A DNA stretch of 64,000 nt from an uncultured Anaerolineaceae bacterium (GTDB lineage Bacteria > Chloroflexota > Anaerolineae > JAAYZQ01): contig CAZQKE010000135.1 in assembly GCA_964593865.1 (NCBI GenBank), positions 9,849 through 73,848 on the forward strand. Reading direction: 5' to 3'. The notes below the pieces were generated by a model. It was given only the letters and a program-made list of their open reading frames with translations. It made no database searches and was not told where the DNA came from. Positions 1 through 8,144 of this stretch are shown here, in pieces. A program made the translations under genes and the position numbers. Each line of letters opens with the position of its first letter. Position 1 is the stretch's first letter.

Positions 1-108
1 CTGGTCCCCCTCTACACCGGCTCCCTGGGTGGGCCGGGCAGCGGGGCTGAGACCTATGTACAACTGATCCGCTACGACGTGACGGCCATCGTAGACGCGT
101 TGCGCTGA
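1..108 (+). CDS. 3' end (partial) of a metal ABC-transporter substrate-binding protein (ZnuA/TroA-like)
   Basis: Frame 1 reads LVPLYTGSLGGPGSGAETYVQLIRYDVTAIVDALR* (TGA 106-108), resembling the LYTxSL...TY...RY C-terminus of cluster A-I binding proteins; not in ORF track because truncated. Confidence 0.6.
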   Translation: MVPLYTGSLGGPGSGAETYVQLIRYDVTAIVDALR

Positions 109-267
109 AAATCGGAACCGCCGGGCACGCCATCGCGGTTGAAACCACCTAAAGAAGTGGTAGGACTGCTTACGGATCTGGGAAAAAGGTTGGGTAGTAA
201 TTAGGAAATACCGCCTCTGCGGACCGGGTGTCTTGGGCACCGATGCTTTCGGACAAGGAGTGTCGAG

Positions 268-909
268 ATGCCTCCCTGGCTTGAACTTGTGCTCACTCCT
301 ATTTCCCTCTATGCCGTCCTGTTTTTCCTGATCTGGATTTTTGCCCGAGACAAACTGTCTCGCCGAGCGTGCGTTCTAGGATGGACGGCTGTAGCCATAG
401 GGGTCGCCGGTTTTCTATGGTCTTTGTGGTATGAGAGCCTGCTTCCGTACATCCGCGCCGGACGCTGGACGGCGGTATTGCTCACCATGCTGCAATTTTC
501 TGCGATGCTTTCAGGAGTGGCCTTGATGGTCTACGGAACCGTTCGCTTCCTCCGCTCATGGCTAAAGTTTCTGATGTGGAGGGATTCCTCACCGTTTTCG
601 GGCTTCTTGAGGTATCTCAGGGGCGATCATCCGGCCTTGGAACGTGTTCGGAGGGGGATAACATACCGACAGCGTTTTGGGATGGCTGCAAAGATCATAA
701 TCGACATGCTCACCATATCGGGCCTGGGATGGGTGCTCGTCGGACTCGGGATCACAATTGCCGGTGGTCAGGTTCTTGAACCCGATCCGAGCATTGCCCC
801 CGACGCGCAACTTGTTGTGCTTGCGCTCATCCTGATCCTGGGAGGCGGGGTACAAGAGTGGGCGGCAAGGCGGAGGGGGCAGTATACGTGGCAAGAAAAG
901 GGAAGGTAG
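268..909 (+). CDS. Hypothetical polytopic membrane protein (about 5-6 TM)
   Basis: 213 aa ORF with AAGGAG SD about 6 nt before ATG; several hydrophobic stretches; no recognisable family motif. Confidence 0.6.
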   Translation: MPPWLELVLTPISLYAVLFFLIWIFARDKLSRRACVLGWTAVAIGVAGFLWSLWYESLLPYIRAGRWTAVLLTMLQFSAMLSGVALMVYGTVRFLRSWLKFLMWRDSSPFSGFLRYLRGDHPALERVRRGITYRQRFGMAAKIIIDMLTISGLGWVLVGLGITIAGGQVLEPDPSIAPDAQLVVLALILILGGGVQEWAARRRGQYTWQEKGR

Positions 910-1034
910 ATGGCGGTGAGACGGCCCAACCATGGCTGCGACGGACGGCGGCTTTGCCGCTCCCAGACCGCGTGCTCACTTCTTGGGGGAAGATCGAAGT
1001 TCGCATCGGACCGTACCCTGCGCCGGGCAATGGC

Positions 1035-1106
1035 GCAAGTTTGGAAACTTGACCGGGCCGGGCGCATTCGTGCATTCGCGCCCTATTCGGGACGGCCCAC
1101 GGTCGG
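1035..1106 (+). repeat. Dispersed ~75 bp REP-like repeat, copy 1
   Basis: gcaagtttggaaacttg-accgggccgggcgcattcgtgcattcgcgccctattcgggacggcccacggtcgg aligns with 4313-4389 and partly with 43825-43861. Confidence 0.8.
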
Positions 1107-1194
1107 GTGACCTACAGCAGTTTAAGAGACGAACAAGAAGAGCCGGAATAGGCTCACAGCATCATTCGCCCACCCCAGAAATTCCGAACCCGAT

Positions 1195-1223
1195 TTGACA
1201 AAGCTCTGCTTTTGTGTTAGACT
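1195..1223 (+). promoter_or_regulatory. Sigma70-type promoter for the argGH leader
   Basis: TTGACA (1195-1200), 17 bp, TG-extended TAGACT (1218-1223). Confidence 0.75.
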
Positions 1224-1233
1224 ACCGTTCGCT

Positions 1234-1314
1234 ATGGACGGGCACAAAAGCAACGTGTTGACGACCACAATCGAGCGACGACCCAGCAAGGAGCCGGAGC
1301 ATCCATCTGGATAG
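1234..1314 (+). CDS. Putative argGH leader peptide (26 aa, tandem CGA-CGA Arg codons)
   Basis: ATG 1234 to TAG 1312-1314: [26 protein letters not shown]; Arg codons at 1276-1281; overlaps the antiterminator arm. No SD, near-leaderless. Confidence 0.45.
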   Translation: MDGHKSNVLTTTIERRPSKEPEHPSG

Positions 1315-1345
1315 GCCCCTACAGGCGTTGCACCCTGAAAATCAC

Positions 1346-1377
1346 GCCGGCCTCCAGATGGAGGTCGGCTCTTTTTT
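1346..1377 (+). terminator. Intrinsic terminator/attenuator hairpin in the argG leader
   Basis: 10 bp stem GCCGGCCTCC/GGAGGTCGGC (one G-U), AGAT loop, then TCTTTTTT; a second perfect 10 bp hairpin at 1377-1400 is followed by TTGCTTTTTT. Confidence 0.8.
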
Positions 1378-1433
1378 GCGCGATGGGTATCCATCGCGCA
1401 TTGCTTTTTTCAAACAAAAAGGGAGGGAGCGAA

Positions 1434-2690
1434 ATGAAAAAAGTCAACAAAGTGGTGCTGGCCTACTCCGGCGGGCTGGATACGTCGGTCATCCTGCCCT
1501 GGCTCCAGGAAAACTATGGCTGCGAGGTGATCACCTTTACCGCCAACCTAGGGCAAGGCGATGAAGAACTGGACGGCCTGGAAGAAAAGGCCCTCTCCTG
1601 CGGGGCCAGCAAAGCCTACATTATGGACCTGCGCGAGGAATTCCTGACCGAGTACGCCTTTCCCACCATGCAAGCCGGGGCCATCTACGAACGGCTGTAC
1701 CTGCTGGGCACATCTTTCGCCCGGCCTATCACGGCCAAGTATCTGGTCCAGGTCGCCGAGCAGGAAGGGGCCGACGCCGTGGCCCACGGTTGCACCGGCA
1801 AAGGCAACGACCAGGTGCGCTTTGAGATCTCGGTCAAGGCCCTGAACCCTACCCTGAGCGTGATCGCCCCCTGGCGCGAGTGGGACATCCGCTCCCGTGA
1901 GGATGCCCTGGCCTACGCCCAGGCCCACGACATCCCCCTTTCGGCCACCAAATCCCTCTACAGCCGCGACCGCAACATCTGGCACATGAGCCACGAAGGC
2001 CACATTCTGGAAGACCCCTGGAACGAACCGCAGGAAGAAATGTTCTACATGACCGTCGCCCCGGAGGCCGCCCCCGATGAACCCCACTACCTGACCCTGG
2101 AGTTCGAGCAGGGGATGCCGGTTGCCCTGGACGGCCAACGGCTGGGGCCGGTGGAACTGCTCACCGCCCTCAACGAAATCGGCGGCGCCCACGGCGTGGG
2201 CCGCGTCGACCTGGTGGAAAACCGGTTGGTGGGCATGAAATCGCGGGGGGTGTACGAGACCCCCGGCGGGACCATCCTCTACACCGCCCACCAGGGCCTG
2301 GAGCAGATCTGCCTGGACCGGGAGACGCTGCACTACAAAGACGTGGTGGCCCAGCGCTACGCCGAGCTGATCTACTACGGCCAGTGGTTCACGCCGCTGC
2401 GCGAGGCGCTGGCTGCCTTTGTGGCCAAGACCCAGGAACCGGTAACGGGCACGGTGCGCCTCAAACTCTACAAAGGCAACTGCTCCGTAGTCGGTCGCAA
2501 ATCGCCCTATAGCCTCTACCGCGAAGAGTTTGCCACCTTTGGTCAGGACGATGTGTACGACCAGAGCGACGCCCAGGGCTTTATCAACCTCTTTGGGCTG
2601 CCCCTCAAGGTCCGGGCGCTGGTAATGCAGGAGAACGGCGGTGCTGCCGGGTTGGAAGGGCCGGACTATGGGCAGTTCAAGCAAGATTGA
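1434..2690 (+). CDS. argG: Argininosuccinate synthase
   Basis: [44 protein letters not shown] motifs; start moved to ATG 1434 behind a GGGAGG SD. Confidence 0.98.
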   Translation: MKKVNKVVLAYSGGLDTSVILPWLQENYGCEVITFTANLGQGDEELDGLEEKALSCGASKAYIMDLREEFLTEYAFPTMQAGAIYERLYLLGTSFARPITAKYLVQVAEQEGADAVAHGCTGKGNDQVRFEISVKALNPTLSVIAPWREWDIRSREDALAYAQAHDIPLSATKSLYSRDRNIWHMSHEGHILEDPWNEPQEEMFYMTVAPEAAPDEPHYLTLEFEQGMPVALDGQRLGPVELLTALNEIGGAHGVGRVDLVENRLVGMKSRGVYETPGGTILYTAHQGLEQICLDRETLHYKDVVAQRYAELIYYGQWFTPLREALAAFVAKTQEPVTGTVRLKLYKGNCSVVGRKSPYSLYREEFATFGQDDVYDQSDAQGFINLFGLPLKVRALVMQENGGAAGLEGPDYGQFKQD

Positions 2691-2705
2691 GCGCCGGAGG
2701 GGAAC

Positions 2706-4091
2706 ATGCTGTGGGGTGGACGGTTTACGGGCGAGATGGACGCGCTGATGTGGCGGTTCAACGCCTCTCTAGAATTTGACCGACGGCTGTACCGAGCCGA
2801 CATCAAGGGCAGTATCGCCTACGCCGCGGCGTTGGCCGAAGCGGGCGTCATCGGCGAGGAGGAACGAGCAGCCCTAGTCCAAGGGTTGGAAGCGGTGCTG
2901 GCCGAGTTCGAAGAGGGGACCTTTACCTTCCGGCCGGAGGATGAGGACATCCACACCGCCGTAGAGCGGCGGCTGGGCGAGCTGATCGGGCCGGTGGCGG
3001 GCAAACTGCACACCGGTCGCTCCCGCAACGACCAGGCGGCTACCGACCTGCGCCTGTACCTGTTGGACGAGATGGAGGCTCTGGACGCGGACCTGGTCGC
3101 CCTGCAACAGGCCATTGTGGACCAGGCCGAAGCCCACCTGGACGCCATCATGCCCGGCTACACCCACCTGCAACAGGCCCAGCCGGTGCTCTTTGCCCAT
3201 TGGCTCCTCTCCTTCTTTTGGAAGTTTCAGCGGGATCGGGAGCGGCTGGCCGACGCCGCCCGACGCACGCGGGTTTGCCCCCTGGGGGCCGGGGCGCTGG
3301 CAGGCAACCCCTTTCCCCTCGACCGCCGGGCGCTGGCCGCCGCCCTGGGGTTCGAAGCCGCCGCGCCCAACAGCATGGACGCCGTCGCCGACCGGGACCA
3401 CGTCGTTGAGTTCCTGGCTTGGGCGGCCCTGGTGCAGGTCCACCTCAGCAACTTGGCCGAAGACCTCATCCTCTGGTCCAGCCATGAGTTCGCCTTTGTC
3501 CGCGTGGACGATGCTTATGCCACCGGCTCAAGCCTGATGCCCCAAAAGCGCAACCCCGACGCCCTGGAACTGATGCGCGGCAAAGGGGGACGGCTGATCG
3601 GCCACCTGACCGGCCTGCTGACCACCCTCAAAGGGCTGCCTTCTACTTATGACAAGGACCTGCAAGAGGACAAGGAGCCGTTGTTCGACGCCCTGGACAC
3701 CCTCAAGTTGGAGCTACCCATCGCCGCCGGTCTCATCCGCACTCTGCACGTGGACCGAGAGCGAATGGCCGCCGCCCTGGACGATGCCCTGCTGGCCACC
3801 GATCTGGCCGACTATTTGGTGCGCCGGGGGGTTCCCTTCCGCCAGAGCCACCACCTGGTCGGTCAGGTGGTGCGCCGAGCCGAGGCGTTGGGCCTCCCTC
3901 TGCGAGACCTGCCTTTGGATGAATACCAGGCCATCCACCCGGCCTTTGCCGAGGACCTATACGCCCTATTTGATTTCCGGCGGTCGGTTGCGGCTCGGTC
4001 GGTCGTCGGGGGCACAGCCCCTGCTGCCGTCCGGGAGCAAATTGCCCAGGCGCGGGCGCACCTGGCCCGTCCTACTGTTCCAGCAGCGTGA
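2706..4091 (+). CDS. argH: Argininosuccinate lyase
   Basis: LWGGRF N-terminus, LHTGRSRNDQ, GSSLMPQKRNPD signature. Confidence 0.98.
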   Translation: MLWGGRFTGEMDALMWRFNASLEFDRRLYRADIKGSIAYAAALAEAGVIGEEERAALVQGLEAVLAEFEEGTFTFRPEDEDIHTAVERRLGELIGPVAGKLHTGRSRNDQAATDLRLYLLDEMEALDADLVALQQAIVDQAEAHLDAIMPGYTHLQQAQPVLFAHWLLSFFWKFQRDRERLADAARRTRVCPLGAGALAGNPFPLDRRALAAALGFEAAAPNSMDAVADRDHVVEFLAWAALVQVHLSNLAEDLILWSSHEFAFVRVDDAYATGSSLMPQKRNPDALELMRGKGGRLIGHLTGLLTTLKGLPSTYDKDLQEDKEPLFDALDTLKLELPIAAGLIRTLHVDRERMAAALDDALLATDLADYLVRRGVPFRQSHHLVGQVVRRAEALGLPLRDLPLDEYQAIHPAFAEDLYALFDFRRSVAARSVVGGTAPAAVREQIAQARAHLARPTVPAA

Positions 4092-4221
4092 GAAAGCCGC
4101 AGGGAGGGACACAGGCCGTAGCTTGGCACCGGGCGACGGCGGCTACTACTGCAGTAGCGACTCAAGTCGCTCCTTGCGGGCCTGCGGCCAGGCGTCCGCC
4201 TGCGCGGACGCGGCCTGCTTT

Positions 4222-4389
4222 GTAGCGCAAGCCTCCGGCTTGCGCAAAAGACCCTCCCGCAGGTTGACAACCCGCGGGAGGGTAGAGGCGGCTTCAACCG
4301 CGGTTTTCTTTGCAAGTTGGAAACTTGCGCCACCGGGTCGGGCGCATTCGCGCATTCGTGCCCCATTCGCGGACGGCCCAGGCGGTCGG
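4222..4389 (+). repeat. Composite REP/REPIN-like palindrome cluster, including copy 2 of the ~75 bp repeat (4313-4389)
   Basis: GTAG+CGCAAGCC-TCC-GGCTTGCG (4222-4244); central hairpin ACCCTCCCGC...GCGGGAGGGT (4251-4283); inverted GTGG+CGCAAGTT-TCC-AACTTGC on minus strand (4334-4313). Confidence 0.75.
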
Positions 4390-4418
4390 CCAACGGCGCA
4401 CAGATCAAAGGAGGAAAA

Positions 4419-5306
4419 ATGCGAAAGCTTCTATTAGGTGCTCACGAATCCATTGCCGGGGGAGTGGAAAAGGCCCTGGCCCGCGGGAAGCAAGTCGGCT
4501 GCGACACGATCCAGATCTTTGTCAAATCACCCAACCGCTGGGTTTCCAAGCCGCTGGCGGAAAGGAACATCCTGGCCTTCAAAGAAGCGGTGGCAGAGAC
4601 CGGCATCTGGCCGGTATTTGCCCATGCCCTCTATCTCATCAACCTGGCGACACCCGATGATACCCTATGGCACAAATCCCTGGATGCCCTGACCGACGAC
4701 CTGGAACGATGCGAGATGCTAGGGCTGCCGGGGTTGGTCATCCATCCCGGCTCGCACCGCGGGGCAGGGGAAGCGATGGGGTTGGCCCGCATCTCTGCCG
4801 CGTTGGACAAAGTGCACGCCCGCCTTCCCGGTTACAACGTCCAGATCTGGTTGGAGATCACCGCCGGGCAAGGCGACCATTTAGGCTACACCTTTGAGCA
4901 GTTACGCGCCATGATCGACGGCGTGCGGGAACCGGAACGACTGGGGGTCTGTTTTGACACGGCCCACGCTTTTGCCGCAGGGTATGAACTGCGCGATAGG
5001 GAAGGGTATGAGGCCACTTGGGCCGCCTTCGACAAGGTGCTGGGGTTGGACCGGCTGCGGGCCATCCATCTCAACGACTCAAAAAAAGGTTTGGGCAGCC
5101 GCATAGACCGCCACGAACACATCGGCAAGGGGATGCTGGGGCTGGAGCCGTTCCGCTTCCTGGTCAACGACCCACGCTTCCGCGGCCTGCCCATGACGCT
5201 GGAAACGGACAAGGGGCCGGACCTGGCCGAGGACAAGGAAAATTTAGCCGTCCTCCGCTCCCTGGTCAAGAACGTCGGCCTCTCGCCGGAAACCCATCCT
5301 GCCTAG
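4419..5306 (+). CDS. nfo: Endonuclease IV (deoxyribonuclease IV, AP endonuclease family 2)
   Basis: LGAHESIAGG, HALYLINL, IHPGSH, LEITAGQG, CFDTAHAFAAGY, HLNDSK, DRHEHIG; start ATG 4419 after AAGGAGG. Confidence 0.96.
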   Translation: MRKLLLGAHESIAGGVEKALARGKQVGCDTIQIFVKSPNRWVSKPLAERNILAFKEAVAETGIWPVFAHALYLINLATPDDTLWHKSLDALTDDLERCEMLGLPGLVIHPGSHRGAGEAMGLARISAALDKVHARLPGYNVQIWLEITAGQGDHLGYTFEQLRAMIDGVREPERLGVCFDTAHAFAAGYELRDREGYEATWAAFDKVLGLDRLRAIHLNDSKKGLGSRIDRHEHIGKGMLGLEPFRFLVNDPRFRGLPMTLETDKGPDLAEDKENLAVLRSLVKNVGLSPETHPA

Positions 5307-7859
5307 CTAATCTTCCGAGCCGCTGCTTTCAAAAGCGGGCAAAGTGATGGCCTCCTCGCCGATGAGGACCTCCCAGCGGGGCAGCCAGGCCAGGGCGAAT
5401 GTCTCTATGTGCACGTCGGCGCGGCGAGGGCGGACCTCAATCTCCTCCACGTCGTCGATCCATTCGGCCCACCGATCGGCCAGTTCCGCCAACGCCTGCT
5501 CCTTTTCCTCCTCCACCTCTTTGATCTCGGCCTTTAGGTCGGCAATGGTCTCTTCCGACTCCTTGATGTCGGCCAGGGCCTGGCGGGTCAGGCGCCGTTT
5601 GGTGCTGACGCGGGAAAGACGGCTGGACAGGCTTTTCCGGGAAAAGATGCTCAGCACCGACTCAACACCGGTCAGCAGTTCCTCTTGCTTGCGGGCTTCA
5701 TACTCCACCTTGTCCTGCTCCAGCTCCCGCTCCTCTCGGTCAAGGCGGTCTTGCAAACGATCCAATTTCCGATCATATTTTTCTTTGATCTTCTTGGCAT
5801 CGGCCTTGTGGGCCTTTTCCGCCGCCTTGCGACAACGCCGCCGAAACGCCTCCGCCGTTTCACCAAAGCGGGAATAGAGCTTCAGGTGGGGGTTGTAGAG
5901 CAACGTCATCACCGAGTTGTAGTAGAGATAGTCTTCAAACTCTTTTTCCAGGGAGCGCAGGCTGCGGGCGGAGCTTAGCTCCGAGGGCAGGTCGGCAAAA
6001 TAGGCTTCCTTTTCCGCCCGGCGAAGCAGGTCGCGGGGTTTGAGTTGCACCTCCGCCGCCGACCAGTCCAGGTCGCCGATCTCCTCCCCTTCCACCGGCA
6101 GGAGATAGGCCACGTCGCGGCGGTGGGTTTGGCGGCTTTTGGTATGGGGGAAGCGCAACTCGGCCAGTCCCACCAGGGCCGGGCTGTAGACCAGGTAGCC
6201 GGGCGTTTCCTTCCGCGAGCGCAGCGACCAACCCCGCCGGCGGGCCATATGGCTCAACGCCTCCTGCAAGGGAATGCGGACCGGCAAAAAGACCTGCTTG
6301 ACCGCCGAAGGCAGTTGGGGGGGCGATTTGCGGTAGGGGACCTCCGGCTCCGGTGGGGGCGTCGGTTTGGGGGCGACGGCGGCCACCGTAGCGGCGGCGG
6401 ATTCTGCCTCCCCGGCCTCTGTCGTGGCAGGGGCAGGCGGCATCGGCTGCTGTTTCATCAACTTTTGCACCTGGGGCCGGGTCAGGGGGCCGCGCAGGTA
6501 GCTCATGGCCCAGCGGGTGTGAAAGACCACCGGCTCCTTTTCGTGGACGTTGTGCAGCAGGAACACCCGCGATTGCACCGCCGAGATCATCTTGTCCAGC
6601 GTGCGGCGGCTCAGCCCCCCTTCGCCCACCTGCACCCCCTCCAGACCGTCCAGCAGGCGTTGTTTGTCCCGGTCGGCCTGCATCCGCCCGATAAACCAGG
6701 TCCCGGCATTGGAGAGGGCCTTGTAGTCCAGGTCCACCGGGTTTTGGGTGGCCAGGATCAGGCCCAGGCCAAAGGCCCGCGCCTGTTTGAGCAAGGTCAA
6801 CAGCGGCTTTTTGGTGGGCGGGTTGGCGGGGTGAGGCGGCAGGTAGCCGAATACCTCGTCCATGTAGAGCAGCGCCCGCAGGCTGGTCGTGCCGCTCTGG
6901 GTCCGCATCCAGCTGACCACTTGCTCCAGCAGCAGGGTGACAAAGAACTGTTTTTCCGCTTCCGAAAGGTGGGCGATGTAGAGGATGCTGACCTGGGGCT
7001 TGCCCGATGGGCCGTGGAGCAACCCATCAATGTCCAGGGGTTGGCCCTGGATCCAATCGGCAAAAGAGGGCGAGGCCATCAGGCCGTTGAGCAGCATGGC
7101 CAGCTCCATACGGTCCTTTTCCGGGAAGAAGGTATCCACGGGGAAAACCCCCATCTGGCTGAAAGGGGGCTTTTGGACGCGCAAGATCAGTTGGGCCAGG
7201 TCCAGGTCCTCCCCTTGCCGCCAGGCGTTTTCAAAGATGTTGGACAGGAGGATATGTTCGCGGCTGCGCACCGGATCGGCCTCAACGCCGATGAGGGCCA
7301 ACAAGGCGGAGACGACGCTTTCAATTTTGTCGCGGATCAGTTCGCCATCGGTCTCCCAGGAGAGGGGTGGGGCCTTGAGGGTGTGCAGGATACTGAGCTG
7401 CCACCCTGCGCTGCTGCCCGGCGTATAGATGGCAAAGTCGGCGGCTTCTTTGAGGCGACGGATGCGCTCCGGCCCTTGTCCGGTGCGGGCCAGGCCGTTG
7501 CGCCACAGTTCGGCCATCTTGGCCGCATAGGCATCCAGGTCCATTTCCTTGCGGCGGGCGTCATCGGGATTGACCCAGGGGGCGAAATCGGCGGGGCGTA
7601 GGTCGGGAAAGGTGAGGAGCAGGTTGGTCATATCGCCTTTGGGGTCAATCACCAAAGAAGGGACGCCATCCAGGGCCGCTTCCTCCAAGAGGATGATGCC
7701 CAGGCCGGTCTTGCCGCTGCCGGTCATCCCCAAGCAGACGGCATGGGTGGTCAGGTCGCGGGCGTCGTAATAGATCGGTTCATCAAGGATTTCCCCGGCG
7801 GCCAGGTCATACCGCTGGCCCAGGTAGAAGCTGGCAGATCGCTCCCGGATGGGGTCCAT
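5307..7859 (-). CDS. HerA/FtsK-family (DUF87-like) ATPase with C-terminal coiled coil
   Basis: Walker A GMTGSGKT, Walker B LYMDE, KQARAFGLGLILATQNP motif; charged heptad-rich C-terminus. Confidence 0.85.
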   Translation of the reverse strand: MDPIRERSASFYLGQRYDLAAGEILDEPIYYDARDLTTHAVCLGMTGSGKTGLGIILLEEAALDGVPSLVIDPKGDMTNLLLTFPDLRPADFAPWVNPDDARRKEMDLDAYAAKMAELWRNGLARTGQGPERIRRLKEAADFAIYTPGSSAGWQLSILHTLKAPPLSWETDGELIRDKIESVVSALLALIGVEADPVRSREHILLSNIFENAWRQGEDLDLAQLILRVQKPPFSQMGVFPVDTFFPEKDRMELAMLLNGLMASPSFADWIQGQPLDIDGLLHGPSGKPQVSILYIAHLSEAEKQFFVTLLLEQVVSWMRTQSGTTSLRALLYMDEVFGYLPPHPANPPTKKPLLTLLKQARAFGLGLILATQNPVDLDYKALSNAGTWFIGRMQADRDKQRLLDGLEGVQVGEGGLSRRTLDKMISAVQSRVFLLHNVHEKEPVVFHTRWAMSYLRGPLTRPQVQKLMKQQPMPPAPATTEAGEAESAAATVAAVAPKPTPPPEPEVPYRKSPPQLPSAVKQVFLPVRIPLQEALSHMARRRGWSLRSRKETPGYLVYSPALVGLAELRFPHTKSRQTHRRDVAYLLPVEGEEIGDLDWSAAEVQLKPRDLLRRAEKEAYFADLPSELSSARSLRSLEKEFEDYLYYNSVMTLLYNPHLKLYSRFGETAEAFRRRCRKAAEKAHKADAKKIKEKYDRKLDRLQDRLDREERELEQDKVEYEARKQEELLTGVESVLSIFSRKSLSSRLSRVSTKRRLTRQALADIKESEETIADLKAEIKEVEEEKEQALAELADRWAEWIDDVEEIEVRPRRADVHIETFALAWLPRWEVLIGEEAITLPAFESSGSED

Positions 7860-7877
7860 GGTCTTTCCTCCCCTCTA

Positions 7878-7911
7878 AGCAAAAGGGGTGACACCGGGCG
7901 GCGTCACCCCT
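7878..7911 (-). terminator. Terminator-like hairpin in the 5' leader of the HerA-like gene
   Basis: Minus strand AGGGGTGAC-N10-GTCACCCCT then TTTGCTT, about 20 nt upstream of the start codon. Confidence 0.5.
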
Positions 7912-8012
7912 ATCTGTCGGTTCAGGACGACACTACGACCGGTTGCAAAGCCCCCCTACTTTGACAACCACGCCGTCCTGCCCGTACAGACCACAGGAAT
8001 ATCACGCCGATT

Positions 8013-8040
8013 ATTATACTCAATTCGCTCCGTCTGTCAA
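8013..8040 (-). promoter_or_regulatory. Sigma70 promoter for the HerA-like gene
   Basis: Minus strand TTGACA (8040-8035), 16 bp, TATAAT (8018-8013). Confidence 0.75.
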
Positions 8041-8082
8041 ACCGGGAGAGGCAAAATGTCAGAGTCAGACCGCGTTACAGCC

Positions 8083-8111
8083 TTGACAGACCGCCCCCTC
8101 CTGAGTAAACT
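8083..8111 (+). promoter_or_regulatory. Sigma70 promoter for suhB
   Basis: TTGACA (8083-8088), 17 bp, TAAACT (8106-8111). Confidence 0.65.
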
Positions 8112-8144
8112 GACACAAGTCCATGCATGAACCGAGGGAACGCG

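Noticed and set aside
1230-1377. T-box riboswitch upstream of argG
   Set aside because: No UGGN T-box bulge consensus (GGCGUUGCACC does not fit), and the leader is too short for Stem I. The uORF model fits better.
1383-1433. N-terminal extensions given by the ORF track (argG, nfo, ppaC, tgt, 53011 ORF, 55058 ORF, MTase)
   Set aside because: Downstream ATG/GTG starts have SD sequences and family-typical N-termini; the extensions overlap regulatory DNA or other genes.
4419-7859. nfo + HerA-like ATPase as a nuclease-helicase defence pair
   Set aside because: The genes are convergent with separate upstream signals, and nfo is an ordinary repair endonuclease IV.
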